Shown: positions 18,846 to 28,837, numbered from the stretch's first letter. The stretch: 64,000 nucleotides of DNA from Candidatus Parcubacteria bacterium (GCA_026004535.1 BPJI01000001.1:79915-143914), one strand, 5' to 3'. The notes: a model not told the origin generated them from the letters alone. Translations and numbers: made by a program.

Positions 18846-20347
18846 ATTTCTTTTTCTTAAAAATAAGAAAAATTATCTTAGAAAGAAAGATTATTGATTT
18901 TTTAATTTTATTTTTATTTATCTTAGGAGTTGGTTTTTTATTTTATTATTTAAGTTTAACTAAAACAATTAAGCCAAAAATAGGTGGTATTTATCGTGAA
19001 GGTTTGTTTGAAACATTAAACTCATTGAATCCTCTTTTACCAAAAAATGAAAGTGAAAAATCAATTTTAAATATCATTTATCCACCATTAGTTGAGTACG
19101 ATAATGGCGTTTTAATCTCTAAATTTTTAAAATCCTATTATTTTTCCCCCGATTATCTAACTTTAGCTTTTGAGCTTAAAGATTTAAAGTGGAGCGATGG
19201 TAGTGAATTAACAACTGATGATTTGGCTTTTTCTTTTGACTTATTTAAAAAATCTGGGCCATCTGATTTTATCAATAATTTTAGGAATGTTGAAATCAAA
19301 ATTATTGATAAAAAAAGAGCCGAGTTTCATCTTAAGTTCAATGATAATTATTTTTTATCTAGCTTAAAAAATTTTAAAATCTTACCTGCTAAAACCTATG
19401 CTAAAGCTGATTTTGATAATTTTAATCTTGATTTACTTAAAATTGGTAGTGGTCCGTTTGTTTTTGATTCTTTAAAAACTAGAAACGATTTAACCATTAT
19501 TAAACTTAAAAGAAACACTTTCTATCAACCTCAACCCTATTTAGATGAAATCCATTTTTATGTTTTCCCTTCGGCCAAGGCAGCTTTTGATGCTTTAATT
19601 TTAAAGGAAATCGATGGCCTAGCTGGAATTAATTATTTTGATTTGCCTCAAAATGTCTATTTTAATTATCAAATTTATTCCATAACCTTACCTCGGGTTA
19701 TTGGTTTATTTTTTAACAGTCAAAAAGTAAAACCTGAAATTGTTAATGTTTTAAATCAAGCAATTGATCGCCAAAAAATAGTTAAAGACATTTTTAAGGA
19801 CAAAGCCGAAATAAGCTTTGGCGTTTTTTCACCAAAAGTAAGAAAGGTTTTAAATTTAGATAATTTAAATTTTAATTCAACTTCGGCTTCACAAAAATTA
19901 TCTCTTAAAATAATTATTCCTTCTTCTTATTTTTATCCTGACATTGGTCGTTGGCTTAAAGAACATTATGGCTTAGAAACTGAATTTATCAAACCAGAAG
20001 ATTTAAATGAAATTTTAACAGGTAAAGATTACGAAGGAGTTTTGTCTGGCCTAAACTTTAACTATTATCCATCTATTGTTTCTTTCTTTTCTAAATTAGG
20101 TTATAATATTAATAATTTAGATGATGTCGATTTAGAAAGGGGTTTTCAAGATTTAATTACTAATCCCCAAACAAAAATAAATGAAAAATTGATGGCAATT
20201 GAAAAAAAGCTGTTGCGTTTTAACGTTTTTTTGACAAATCCTCATTATCTTTACTTTTTAAATAAAAATATTGCTGGTTTTGATCAATTTTTTTTACCAG
20301 CCCCTGAGTTTCGTTTTATTAAATTAGAATTTTGGTACCAAAAATGA
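18842..20347 (+). CDS. Solute-binding protein family 5 (Opp/Dpp-type peptide/nickel SBP-like) with N-terminal anchor
   Basis: The N-terminal TM, a GGIYREGLFETLNSLNPLL-type start and IGSGPF motifs, with ~500 aa overall, resemble SBP_bac_5. No ABC permease or ATPase is adjacent. Confidence 0.45.
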   Translation: MNFFFLKIRKIILERKIIDFLILFLFILGVGFLFYYLSLTKTIKPKIGGIYREGLFETLNSLNPLLPKNESEKSILNIIYPPLVEYDNGVLISKFLKSYYFSPDYLTLAFELKDLKWSDGSELTTDDLAFSFDLFKKSGPSDFINNFRNVEIKIIDKKRAEFHLKFNDNYFLSSLKNFKILPAKTYAKADFDNFNLDLLKIGSGPFVFDSLKTRNDLTIIKLKRNTFYQPQPYLDEIHFYVFPSAKAAFDALILKEIDGLAGINYFDLPQNVYFNYQIYSITLPRVIGLFFNSQKVKPEIVNVLNQAIDRQKIVKDIFKDKAEISFGVFSPKVRKVLNLDNLNFNSTSASQKLSLKIIIPSSYFYPDIGRWLKEHYGLETEFIKPEDLNEILTGKDYEGVLSGLNFNYYPSIVSFFSKLGYNINNLDDVDLERGFQDLITNPQTKINEKLMAIEKKLLRFNVFLTNPHYLYFLNKNIAGFDQFFLPAPEFRFIKLEFWYQK

Positions 20348-21642
20348 AAATTGATTTATTTAAAGATAAATATCTTGATCTTTTATTTATTAATAATCGA
20401 AGCCTTGCTTATTTTAAAATAACTCAAGAAAAAGCAAAAATAAAAGTTTTAAAAAGTGAAAAAATTGAAGCTGAGATCTATAGCCAGGGCGCTTTTCGTT
20501 TAAGCAATTTAGAATCAGCAGTTCAGACATTGCTTAAAAAACATAAACTAACTGAATTAGGTATAGTTTTAAACATCCCTAATGTTATTTTTCAAAGAAT
20601 TAATTTACCTCGTGGGACTTCGGCTAAAGAGGCTATTATTAATTATTTAAAAACAAACTTTCCCTTAGCTATTGAAAAATATGCTCTTTTCTACAAAGAA
20701 GACAAGTATCGATCTTTACCAACCTTAGCTACTTTCAATATTTTTTTGATATCCAAAGAGATTATTGATCTTATATTATCCATTACTGAAAGATATGGCT
20801 TAACGCCACTTTTCATTACACCAACAGCCGAAATTTTTTATCAATATCTTGTCAACAAAACAATTCTTGATTTTAATGAAGATTATTTGGTTTTTGTCTT
20901 AACCGAAAATAATTTGGTTTCTTTTCTAATTAAAAATTTAAGATTAGAAAAGATTATTTTAGAAGAATATCTACCTGAAAGAATTGATTTAGAATTAGCT
21001 CTTAATAGAATTTATGATTTCTTAAGACCTGAACTTAAACCAACAACAAGAATTCTTCTTTTCTTGGAGCAACAGATAGAACTAACAAACATCGAACAGC
21101 AAAAATTCTTCTTCCCGATAACAATTAATGCTTTACTCGAGGGGGCTTACTTTGCCTTTACCAATATCTTAGCTGATAGGCAAATAGTTGATTTTGTGCC
21201 TTTAAAAAACTACACTATTTATTTTCTTAATCGTTTACCAGCAGCTTTAACTTTTCTTAGTCTTTATGTTCTGCCTTTAATTTTTTTAGCTTCAATTTCC
21301 TTTTTTATTTTACAAAATAAATTTAATAAAGAAATTACTACTCTCTCCGCCCAGATTAAAACAGTTCCTTCAATTCAGAATCAAACCGATTTAGAAAACT
21401 TAATTAAAATTACCTCACTGATTAAACCAGATATCATAGATAGATTTTTGGTTGTAAATAAAATTAAAAAATTTCCGCTTGATAAAATTGAATTTAATCA
21501 CCAAGAAGTCATCTTCTCTTTAAAATTTGACCAAAAAGAGCAAGAAAAAATAAAATTTGAAATTAGCCAAGAATTACCTAAGGCTAAATTAATTGAAGAG
21601 ACTAGTGAGGCAGATATGGTAAAATTAAAATATAGTTTTTAA
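20332..21642 (+). CDS. Hypothetical membrane protein (cytoplasmic ~290 aa + TM + ~110 aa); a PilM/PilN-like fusion is possible but unproven
   Basis: Single internal TM (LPAALTFLSLYVLPLIFLASISFFILQ). The N-terminal hydrophobic pattern faintly resembles the PilM actin-like start. No firm motif. Confidence 0.3.
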   Translation: MVPKMKIDLFKDKYLDLLFINNRSLAYFKITQEKAKIKVLKSEKIEAEIYSQGAFRLSNLESAVQTLLKKHKLTELGIVLNIPNVIFQRINLPRGTSAKEAIINYLKTNFPLAIEKYALFYKEDKYRSLPTLATFNIFLISKEIIDLILSITERYGLTPLFITPTAEIFYQYLVNKTILDFNEDYLVFVLTENNLVSFLIKNLRLEKIILEEYLPERIDLELALNRIYDFLRPELKPTTRILLFLEQQIELTNIEQQKFFFPITINALLEGAYFAFTNILADRQIVDFVPLKNYTIYFLNRLPAALTFLSLYVLPLIFLASISFFILQNKFNKEITTLSAQIKTVPSIQNQTDLENLIKITSLIKPDIIDRFLVVNKIKKFPLDKIEFNHQEVIFSLKFDQKEQEKIKFEISQELPKAKLIEETSEADMVKLKYSF

Positions 21643-21644
21643 AA

Positions 21645-21833
21645 ATGAAAAAGTGTCAAATTTGTGGCAAAGGTAAAAAATCAGCTATTAAAAGAAAGAA
21701 ATTGAGGGGTAAATTTAATCCAGTTAAGAAATACTTCCAAAAGCCCAATCTCCAGTGGTTTAATTTAAACAATAAAAAAGTTTTAGTTTGTAGTGATTGT
21801 CGTCGACTTATTTTACAAGGAAAGGCAAAGTAA
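21645..21833 (+). CDS. rpmB: 50S ribosomal protein L28
   Basis: MKKCQICGKGKKSAIKRKK...FQKPNLQWF...VCSDCRR is an L28-like zinc ribbon with the PNLQ motif. 62 aa. Confidence 0.6.
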   Translation: MKKCQICGKGKKSAIKRKKLRGKFNPVKKYFQKPNLQWFNLNNKKVLVCSDCRRLILQGKAK

Positions 21834-22128
21834 TTGATCTTAATAATTCTTCAGAAATTAAAATAAGCTTTTCCCCCTCTAAAGCTTCACCTAATTTGTC
21901 TTTCTTCTCCTTTTCTAAACTTAAAGGATCTTTTTGGGCTATAATTTGTTTTTGAAAGATCAAACTCTCTTCCTTATTTCTTTTAACTAAAATCTCTAAA
22001 TCTCTTAATTCTTTTTTATAAGGTAAATTTTTTTTATATTCTTTAAAATATTGATAACCAACAAAGATAATTAGGATAAACAAAATAAAACTCGTTAATT
22101 TCCAAATATTAAATCTTGATGTTTTCAT
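21808..22128 (-). CDS. Small TM plus coiled-coil protein (FtsB/DivIC-like septum protein possible)
   Basis: N-terminal TM (LTSFILFILIIFVGYQYF) followed by a charged coiled-coil region. Confidence 0.3.
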   Translation of the reverse strand: MKTSRFNIWKLTSFILFILIIFVGYQYFKEYKKNLPYKKELRDLEILVKRNKEESLIFQKQIIAQKDPLSLEKEKKDKLGEALEGEKLILISEELLRSITLPFLVK

Positions 22129-22453
22129 AATAATTAATTTTTGAATTTTCTAAAACAACGGTGATTAAAGAAATAATCCAATTAGAATAATTAAACTTAT
22201 TAGCATAAAAACTGGCTATTTTCTCAATTTTTTTATATTTTTTTGATGAAAAATGGAATTCGGGAATAAATTCTGATTCTTCGGTTAAAGATTTAACCTC
22301 AACAAAATTGATTAAATTTTTCTTTAAAGCAATAATATCTATTTCACCAAAATTTTTAAACCGAAAATTTCTCTCAATTATTTTATAACCCTGATTTTCT
22401 AAAAATTTAACGGCTAAATCCTCAGCTAAATCACCAACTTCTTTTTTATTCAT
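22109..22453 (-). CDS. UPF0102 / YraN-family endonuclease
   Basis: LAEDLAVKFLENQGYKIIERNFRFKNFGEIDIIALKKNLINFVEVKS is the YraN signature (GEIDII...FVEVK). Confidence 0.7.
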   Translation of the reverse strand: MNKKEVGDLAEDLAVKFLENQGYKIIERNFRFKNFGEIDIIALKKNLINFVEVKSLTEESEFIPEFHFSSKKYKKIEKIASFYANKFNYSNWIISLITVVLENSKINYYENIKI

Positions 22454-24897
22454 TTAACAACAAAATTAATTATTTTGCCCTTAACAAAAATAATTTTACT
22501 TATTTTTTTATTTTTTAAATATTTTTCATATAAAGGCAAGGCTTTGACTTTTTCTTTAATTTCTTTTTCAGTTAATGTTTCTTTATCACTAATCAAAATT
22601 CCTCTTTTCTTGCCATTTATTTGAACAACGATTGAGAATTGTTTTTTCTCTAAAAGTTTAGGATCATACTTTGGCCAGGGTTCAAAATCGAGCAAATTTT
22701 TTTTACCAAACAAACTCCAAATTTCTTGACTCAAATGGGGCGCAAATGGGAAAAGTAACTTAATAAAAGTTAAAAAGGCTTCTCTATCATAGATATTTTC
22801 TTTTTCTATCTTTGCTCTTAACAAATCTTCGAAAACCATCATTTTACTAATAACAACATTAAATCTCATTTTCTTTATTCCTTCAGTTGTTTCATAAATT
22901 AAGCTGTTTAAAGCATATTTAATTTCTTCATCACTTTTTTTACTCTTATCTGGTTTTTCCTTTTTTAACTTTTGTGCTAATGACCAAACTCGATTTAAAA
23001 ATCTAAAAACCCCTTTAATGCCTTCTACTGACCATGGCTTTTCTGCTTCTAAGGGGCCCAAAAACATTTCATACATTCTTAAGGTATCAGCACCATATTC
23101 TTTAACAACCTCATCAGGATTAATAACATTACCTTTTGATTTTGACATTTTTTGACCATCAGGACCTAAAATTAAACCTTGATTAAACAATTTTTGAAAT
23201 GGTTCTTTATTATGAACCCAACCAATATCATAGAGAAATTTGTGCCAGAAACGAGCGTAAAGTAAATGCAAAACAGCATGCTCAGCTCCACCAACATAAA
23301 AATCAACTGGAAGCCAATATTTTAATTTATTTTTATCCCAGACAATTTCGTATTTTCCCTTTGATTTTTGATTTTTTAAAATATAAGCTAAATAATACCA
23401 ACAAGAACCAGCCCATTGAGGCATTGTTTGTGTTTCTCTTTCAGCTGGCCCTTTACATTGAGGACATCTTGTTTTTATCCAAATTTTAATATTTTTTAAT
23501 GGTGACTCGCCAGTACCAGTAGGTTCATAACTTTTAACTTTAGGCAATGTTACAGGCAAATCTTTTTCTTTCAAAGGGACAACGCCACATTGAGGACATC
23601 TAATTAAGGGAATTGGTTCGCCCCAATATCTTTGCCTTGAAAAAATCCAATCTCTTAATTTGTAATAAACAGTTTTCTTGGCTAAGCCTCGGTCAATTAG
23701 ATCTTGGCCAATTTTTTCTCGAGCTTCATCGCTTTTAAAACCAGAATATTCTCCTGAGCTTATCAAGATTCCCTCTTCAACATAAGGTAGTTCAATTTTT
23801 ATTCTCTTTTCGGGTTTAACTACTTGAATAATTTCTAAATCAAACTTTTTAGCAAAATTGAAATCCCTCTCATCATGAGCCGGAACTCCCATAATCGCAC
23901 CAGTACCATAACCAGCTAAAACATAACTACTAATCCAAATAGGAATCTTTTTATTATTTAAAGGATTTATAACGTATGAACCGGTAAAAACGCCTGTTAT
24001 TTCTTTTTCATAAATACCAAATCTTTCCTTCTTAATTTCTTCATAAATATAATTTTCAACATTCAAAAGATAATCTGGTTGAGTAATTTTTAAAGCTAAA
24101 GGATGATGAGGTGAAAGAACAACAAATGTTGCTCCATAAATAGTGTCTAATCTTGTAGTAAAAACTGCTATTTTTTCATTCGAGTTTTCCAAGGAAAACA
24201 AAACTTCATAACCTTCGCTTTTACCAATCCAATTTCTTTGCATTTCTTTAATATTTTCAGGCCAATCAAGGGTTTCTAAGTCATTAAGTAATCTTTCAGC
24301 ATAAAGAGTAATTTTGATATGCCATTGTTTTAAGTATTTTATCTCTGTTTGACTACCGCAACGTTCGCATCTACCACCGATTGCTTCTTCATCAGCTAAA
24401 CCAGTTTTACAAGATGGGCAAAAATTAATTGGCGCTTCCTTTTCATAAACCAATCCTTTTTCATACATTTTTAAAAACATCAACTGTGTCCATTTATAAT
24501 ATTCAGGATCAATTGTGGCTATTTCTCTTGACCAATCATAACTAAAACCAATTGATCTTAATTGCTTACGAAAACGGTCAATATGTTTAGGCACAAAGCT
24601 TAAAGGGTTCTTCTTAATCTTGATGGCAAAATTTTCGGTTGGTAAACCGAAAGCATCGTAGCCCATTGGATGTAAGACGTTATAACCATTCATTCGATAA
24701 AATCTACTTAAAATATCAGTGGCGGTATAACCTTCGACATGGCCAACATGAAGACCTTCGCCAGAAATATAAGGGAACATATCTAAAATATAAATTTTAG
24801 GTTTCTTAACAAAATCGATTGTTCGCCACATTAGAAATTTCTTTTTTTGCCAGACATTTTGCCATTTCTTTTCAATTTTACGAAAATTATACTTCAT
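22450..24897 (-). CDS. leuS: Leucyl-tRNA synthetase
   Basis: Class I HIGH-type motif (LHVGHVEGYTATDILSRFYRMNGYNVLHPMGYDAFGLP), KMSKSKGN, editing and anticodon-binding regions. 815 aa. Confidence 0.95.
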   Translation of the reverse strand: MKYNFRKIEKKWQNVWQKKKFLMWRTIDFVKKPKIYILDMFPYISGEGLHVGHVEGYTATDILSRFYRMNGYNVLHPMGYDAFGLPTENFAIKIKKNPLSFVPKHIDRFRKQLRSIGFSYDWSREIATIDPEYYKWTQLMFLKMYEKGLVYEKEAPINFCPSCKTGLADEEAIGGRCERCGSQTEIKYLKQWHIKITLYAERLLNDLETLDWPENIKEMQRNWIGKSEGYEVLFSLENSNEKIAVFTTRLDTIYGATFVVLSPHHPLALKITQPDYLLNVENYIYEEIKKERFGIYEKEITGVFTGSYVINPLNNKKIPIWISSYVLAGYGTGAIMGVPAHDERDFNFAKKFDLEIIQVVKPEKRIKIELPYVEEGILISSGEYSGFKSDEAREKIGQDLIDRGLAKKTVYYKLRDWIFSRQRYWGEPIPLIRCPQCGVVPLKEKDLPVTLPKVKSYEPTGTGESPLKNIKIWIKTRCPQCKGPAERETQTMPQWAGSCWYYLAYILKNQKSKGKYEIVWDKNKLKYWLPVDFYVGGAEHAVLHLLYARFWHKFLYDIGWVHNKEPFQKLFNQGLILGPDGQKMSKSKGNVINPDEVVKEYGADTLRMYEMFLGPLEAEKPWSVEGIKGVFRFLNRVWSLAQKLKKEKPDKSKKSDEEIKYALNSLIYETTEGIKKMRFNVVISKMMVFEDLLRAKIEKENIYDREAFLTFIKLLFPFAPHLSQEIWSLFGKKNLLDFEPWPKYDPKLLEKKQFSIVVQINGKKRGILISDKETLTEKEIKEKVKALPLYEKYLKNKKISKIIFVKGKIINFVVK

Positions 24898-24918
24898 AAT
24901 ATATAATTATATTACAAG

Positions 24919-25377
24919 ATGGAGATTCATTGGAAAACATATTCTCATATCCAACATCCTTATGGTGATTTATTATGGCATTTATTTTGGGGCATTATTA
25001 TTGGCATTACTTTAATTTGGGCAGTTTTAAATCATGATTTTTGGCTTTTGATTATCTCTTTTATAGCTTTGGTTTTCTTTTTTCATCCAAAATTTTATGA
25101 GCCTAAACTGATGGATATTAAAATTAATGAGCAAGGAATTTATATTGACAAAAAATTTTATCCTTGGAAAAATTTTTATGGCTTTGAAATTTTCGATAAT
25201 GGTTATAGAAAATTTATTTTTCTTTTACCTAATAAATTCTCTTTTGGCTTACATTTTCCTTTAGAAGAATTTTTTATTTCTGAAAAAGAAGTCAAAAATT
25301 TTTTAAAAAAATTTCTCGAAGAATATCAAGGGAAGGTTCCGTTTACTGATAAATTATATAGAAGTTTTTATTTATAA
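24919..25377 (+). CDS. Hypothetical membrane protein
   Basis: Two TM helices (LWHLFWGIIIGITLIWAVL..., LLIISFIALVFFF). No recognisable domain. Confidence 0.35.
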   Translation: MEIHWKTYSHIQHPYGDLLWHLFWGIIIGITLIWAVLNHDFWLLIISFIALVFFFHPKFYEPKLMDIKINEQGIYIDKKFYPWKNFYGFEIFDNGYRKFIFLLPNKFSFGLHFPLEEFFISEKEVKNFLKKFLEEYQGKVPFTDKLYRSFYL

Positions 25378-25388
25378 AAAAATAAATC

Positions 25389-25461
25389 TGCGCTGGGCTG
25401 GATTCGAACCAGCGACCCCCGTCTTATAAGGACGGTGCTCTAACCGCTGAGCTACCAGCGC
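25389..25461 (-). tRNA. tRNA with anticodon UAU (Ile, AUA-decoding), 73 nt
   Basis: Minus strand reads GCGCTGG TA GCTC AGCGGTTA GAGC A CCGTC CTTATAA GACGG GGGTC GCTGG TTCGAAT CCAGC CCAGCGC A. Acceptor, D, anticodon and T arms all pair. Anticodon-loop positions 34-36 are TAT. Confidence 0.8.
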
Positions 25462-25812
25462 TTAAATATCTGTTCTTACCTCAACTCTTTTTACCTGTTT
25501 TGATTCTTTTTTAGGAATTTTAATCATCAAAATGCCATTATGATAATAAGCTCGAATATTTTCTAAATCTAAATCTTTAGGTAAAACAATTGTCCTTGAA
25601 AATGGCCCCCAAAAACATTCTTGATGCTCATATAAAGATGGATCAATATTTTCTGGTGGCATTCTCGTTCCTTTAATTATTAAAACATCTCCCTCAACCA
25701 AAATTTCAATGTTCTCTAAATTTGCACCGGCAATCGGTGAAACAATAACTAATTCATCATCTTTAAAATACACATCAATTGTTAATGTGCCTTCTTTTTT
25801 TTCTTCAGCCAT
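25462..25812 (-). CDS. Small heat shock protein, Hsp20 family (second copy)
   Basis: Alpha-crystallin-like core (LTIDVYFKDDELVIVSPIAG...ENIRAYYHNGILMIKIPKK). Confidence 0.8.
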   Translation of the reverse strand: MAEEKKEGTLTIDVYFKDDELVIVSPIAGANLENIEILVEGDVLIIKGTRMPPENIDPSLYEHQECFWGPFSRTIVLPKDLDLENIRAYYHNGILMIKIPKKESKQVKRVEVRTDI

Positions 25813-26458
25813 TTTCAGCTAAATAATTTAATTTACTAAGAACGACCAAAAAGGCTGTCCATAAAATTGGCAAAACCAAAATGAAGCCGGGTGGTAAACT
25901 AATTATAAGATAATTATAAAAAAAATGCAAAAAAGAACCAGTAGCAAATGAAAAAACAAACGGAAAAATTCTTCTTGTTTTAATTAAAAAAGCATAACCA
26001 TAACCAATCAAGGCTGAGGCTAAAATATGAAGCAAATTAGCTCCTAAAAATCTTAAAAACAAAATTGAAACAGGACTATAAATTGCTAAAGATGAAGGTT
26101 TAGTAATTAAAACAAAATTTTCTAAAAAAGCAAAACCCCAAGCGGCAAACATCATATAGATCATTGCATCAATTGGTTCATCAAAAATTTTTTGCGGGAA
26201 AATAAAAAACCAAATTAAAATAAATTTAAAAAACTCTTCGATAAAAGAAAAAAGTAAAAATTTTAAGAACTTATTTTCGGAAACAAATGGATTCAACAAA
26301 CCCTCAACATAATATGCCAAAAAAGCTGAAATTATACCTAATAAAAAAGCCAGAAAGAGCCAGATCTTTGGTTCGGGATGCCTGTCTTTTTTATAAAAAT
26401 AAAAAATCCAAATAAATGGTAAAAAAAGCGATAAAAAAGAATGATAAACTATTGCCAC
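25805..26458 (-). CDS. Polytopic membrane protein, possibly a PrsW/CPBP-type intramembrane protease
   Basis: Six or more TM helices with EExxK (SFIEEFFKF) and downstream His-containing helices (LHILASALIGYG, FLHFFYNYL), which resemble PrsW/CAAX protease motifs. Overlaps the hsp20 start. Confidence 0.35.
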   Translation of the reverse strand: MAIVYHSFLSLFLPFIWIFYFYKKDRHPEPKIWLFLAFLLGIISAFLAYYVEGLLNPFVSENKFLKFLLFSFIEEFFKFILIWFFIFPQKIFDEPIDAMIYMMFAAWGFAFLENFVLITKPSSLAIYSPVSILFLRFLGANLLHILASALIGYGYAFLIKTRRIFPFVFSFATGSFLHFFYNYLIISLPPGFILVLPILWTAFLVVLSKLNYLAENG

Positions 26459-28536
26459 TTTTCAAAAAACAAAGGTTTTTTCTGACCAAAAGAAAAATAA
26501 ATCAATTGAGTTAAATGAGGGATAAATGGATGTAAAAGTTTTAAGCTTTCTAACATTACTTGACGAAATATCTGGGGGTTGTTTTTTGTTTCTCCTTTCC
26601 AGGTTTCTAAATAAATATCACAAAGTTCGTGCCAAAAAAATTTATAGATCCTTTTTAGGGCTAAACCAAGTTCAAAATCCTCAATTTTTCGATTAACAAA
26701 ATTTTTTGTTATTTTCAAAGAAGCTAAAATTTTTTTATCAGCCGATGATAATGAATTTTCTTTTAAAACCTTGTGTTTAGATATTGTCAAAAAGTAAAAC
26801 CTATAGGCATTCCAGATTTTATTTAAAAATTTTTTACCCTGATCAATTGGTCTTTCGTCAAATCTTAAATCTTGATGAGCTGACATTTGGAACAAAATTC
26901 CAAATCTTAAAGCATCAGTACCATATTTTTCGATCAATTCTAAAGGATCAACACCGATACCTAAACTCTTAGACATTCTTTTTCCTTCTTTAGTTAAAAC
27001 TGTTGGATGAATAAAAACTGTTTTAAATGGTGTTTTTTTCATAAAAAACTTACCTGAAAAAATCATTCTTGCGATCCAAAGTTGAAGTATTTCTCGAGCT
27101 GAAGCAACTAAATCTGCTGGATACCATTTTTTTTCTTTTTGATAATACAAAATGGCAAAAGGCCATAAAGCAGAGGAAAACCAAGTGTCAAAAACCTCTT
27201 CTGTTCTTTGCCAATTAGATTTTTTACACTGAGAACATTTTATTTTGGGTTTTTTAAAACTAACAACATATTTTTCATCGCCACAATTTTGACAATACCA
27301 AACAGGCAATTGTTGTCCCCACCAAATTTTTCTTGAAATACACCAGTCTCTAATATTTCTTAACCAATCAAAATATGGCTTTTTAAATTTGGCTGGATAA
27401 ATTTCAACTTCTTTATTTTTAACAGCCCTAATTGCTAGTTGAGCCAAATCTTTCATTTTTAAAAACCATTCTTTCGAAGGAATAACTTGAAGTTCAGTTT
27501 TGCAACGCTCGCAAACTGGTAAATTGTGTTTTATCTTTTCTATTTTTTCAATTAAATTTAATTCTTTTAATCTATCAACAATTTTTTGTCTTGCGGTTAA
27601 ATAATCTAAACCACTAAATTCACTAACATCAGTCATTTTTGCTTGTGTATCAATAACTGAAATTAATGGTAATTGATGCCTTAAACCAATTTCATAATCA
27701 ACCAAAGAATGTGCTGGCGTAACCTTTAAAATACCTGTTCCAAATTTAGGATCAACTCTTTGATCAACAATAATCGGTAGTTCTCGATTAATTATTGGTA
27801 AAAGAGCAATTTTGCCAACTAAATGAAAATTTTTTTCATCTTTAGGATTAATAGCCAAAGCAACATCAGCTAACATTGTTTCTGGTCGGGTCGTGGCAAT
27901 TATAACAAAACCTCCTAATTTTAGAGGATATTTAATATAATAAAGCTCGCCTTCCGTTTCTTTGTATTCAATTTCTAAATCAGAAAGAGAAGTTTGACAA
28001 CGAGGGCAAAAATTAACTGGTCTCAAATCTCGATAAATATATCCTTTTTTATAATAATCAAGAAAAGCCTTCTCAACCCAAGCAACATACTCTTTATCTA
28101 AAGTAAATTTTACTCTTGACCAATCTAAGGCTAAACCTAACTTTTTAAATTGCTCTAAAATTATGCCGCCGTATTTTTCTTTCCATTGCCAGACTCTGTC
28201 AATAAATTTTTCTCTGCCTAAATCAAATCTTGTCAAGCCTTCTTTTCTTAATTCTTTTTCAACAACATTTTGGGTTGCAATACCTGCATGATCAATCCCA
28301 GGAAACCAAATAGAATCATAACCCTGCATTTTCTTATAACGCCAAATTGTATCTAAAATAACATTTTGTAAAGTATGTCCAAGATGTAAAGAGCCAGTAA
28401 TGTTTGGTGGAGCAATTAAAATAATAAACGGTTTTCCTTTGCCTCTTGGTTTAAAATAAGGAATCCAAAAATTATAAATTTTTTCTTCAAATTCAAAAGG
28501 ATCATATGCTTTTTTTTCAAAGATTTCTTTTTTCAT
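26449..28536 (-). CDS. valS: Valyl-tRNA synthetase (short form)
   Basis: PPNITGSLHLGHTL (ValRS-type HIGH region) and KMSKSLG. At 695 aa it is short compared with canonical ValRS. Confidence 0.8.
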   Translation of the reverse strand: MKKEIFEKKAYDPFEFEEKIYNFWIPYFKPRGKGKPFIILIAPPNITGSLHLGHTLQNVILDTIWRYKKMQGYDSIWFPGIDHAGIATQNVVEKELRKEGLTRFDLGREKFIDRVWQWKEKYGGIILEQFKKLGLALDWSRVKFTLDKEYVAWVEKAFLDYYKKGYIYRDLRPVNFCPRCQTSLSDLEIEYKETEGELYYIKYPLKLGGFVIIATTRPETMLADVALAINPKDEKNFHLVGKIALLPIINRELPIIVDQRVDPKFGTGILKVTPAHSLVDYEIGLRHQLPLISVIDTQAKMTDVSEFSGLDYLTARQKIVDRLKELNLIEKIEKIKHNLPVCERCKTELQVIPSKEWFLKMKDLAQLAIRAVKNKEVEIYPAKFKKPYFDWLRNIRDWCISRKIWWGQQLPVWYCQNCGDEKYVVSFKKPKIKCSQCKKSNWQRTEEVFDTWFSSALWPFAILYYQKEKKWYPADLVASAREILQLWIARMIFSGKFFMKKTPFKTVFIHPTVLTKEGKRMSKSLGIGVDPLELIEKYGTDALRFGILFQMSAHQDLRFDERPIDQGKKFLNKIWNAYRFYFLTISKHKVLKENSLSSADKKILASLKITKNFVNRKIEDFELGLALKRIYKFFWHELCDIYLETWKGETKNNPQIFRQVMLESLKLLHPFIPHLTQLIYFSFGQKKPLFFEKWQ

Positions 28537-28557
28537 TATAATATATTATAACATAAT

Positions 28558-28638
28558 GGTGGGGTGGCAGAATGGGATTGCACACGGCTCGAAACCGTGG
28601 GCCTTACGGCCATGTGGGTTCGAATCCCACCCCCACCG
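28558..28638 (+). tRNA. tRNA-Ser(CGA), type II with long variable arm, 81 nt
   Basis: GGTGGGG T GGCAGAATGGGATTGC A CACGG CTCGAAA CCGTG GGCCTTACGGCC ATG GTGGG TTCGAAT CCCAC CCCCACC G. Anticodon CGA. Variable stem GGCC/GGCC. Confidence 0.85.
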
Positions 28639-28776
28639 CACGCAAACAGTTAAAAATAAGTTTGATAAGTACAAAGCAAAGCAAACAGGTGGTAGGGTGA
28701 GAACCCACAGCAACCCAACAAGCTATAAGCACAAACCAGAAACAAGAGAGTAAAGATGTTTTTGAAATTACTAAAT

Positions 28777-28836
28777 ATGTGGTTTACCGTTTTCGAATCT
28801 CATCCCCACTGCACGCAAACAGGTAAAAACAAGCTT
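28777..28836 (+). pseudogene. Decayed duplicate of the tRNA-Ser 3' end plus ~25 nt of its downstream flank
   Basis: atgtggtttaccgttttcgaatctcatccccactgcacgcaaacaggtaaaaacaagctt aligns with 28612..28664 (catgtgggttcgaatcccacccccaccgcacgcaaacagttaaaaataagttt). Confidence 0.5.
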
Positions 28837-28837
28837 T

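Noticed and set aside
23199-23489. 96-aa plus-strand ORF
   Set aside because: Antisense within leuS.
26784-26972. 62-aa plus-strand ORF
   Set aside because: Antisense within valS.
28556-28753. 65-aa ORF overlapping tRNA-Ser
   Set aside because: The translation runs through the tRNA (…GFESHPH…), so it is an artefact of the structured RNA.
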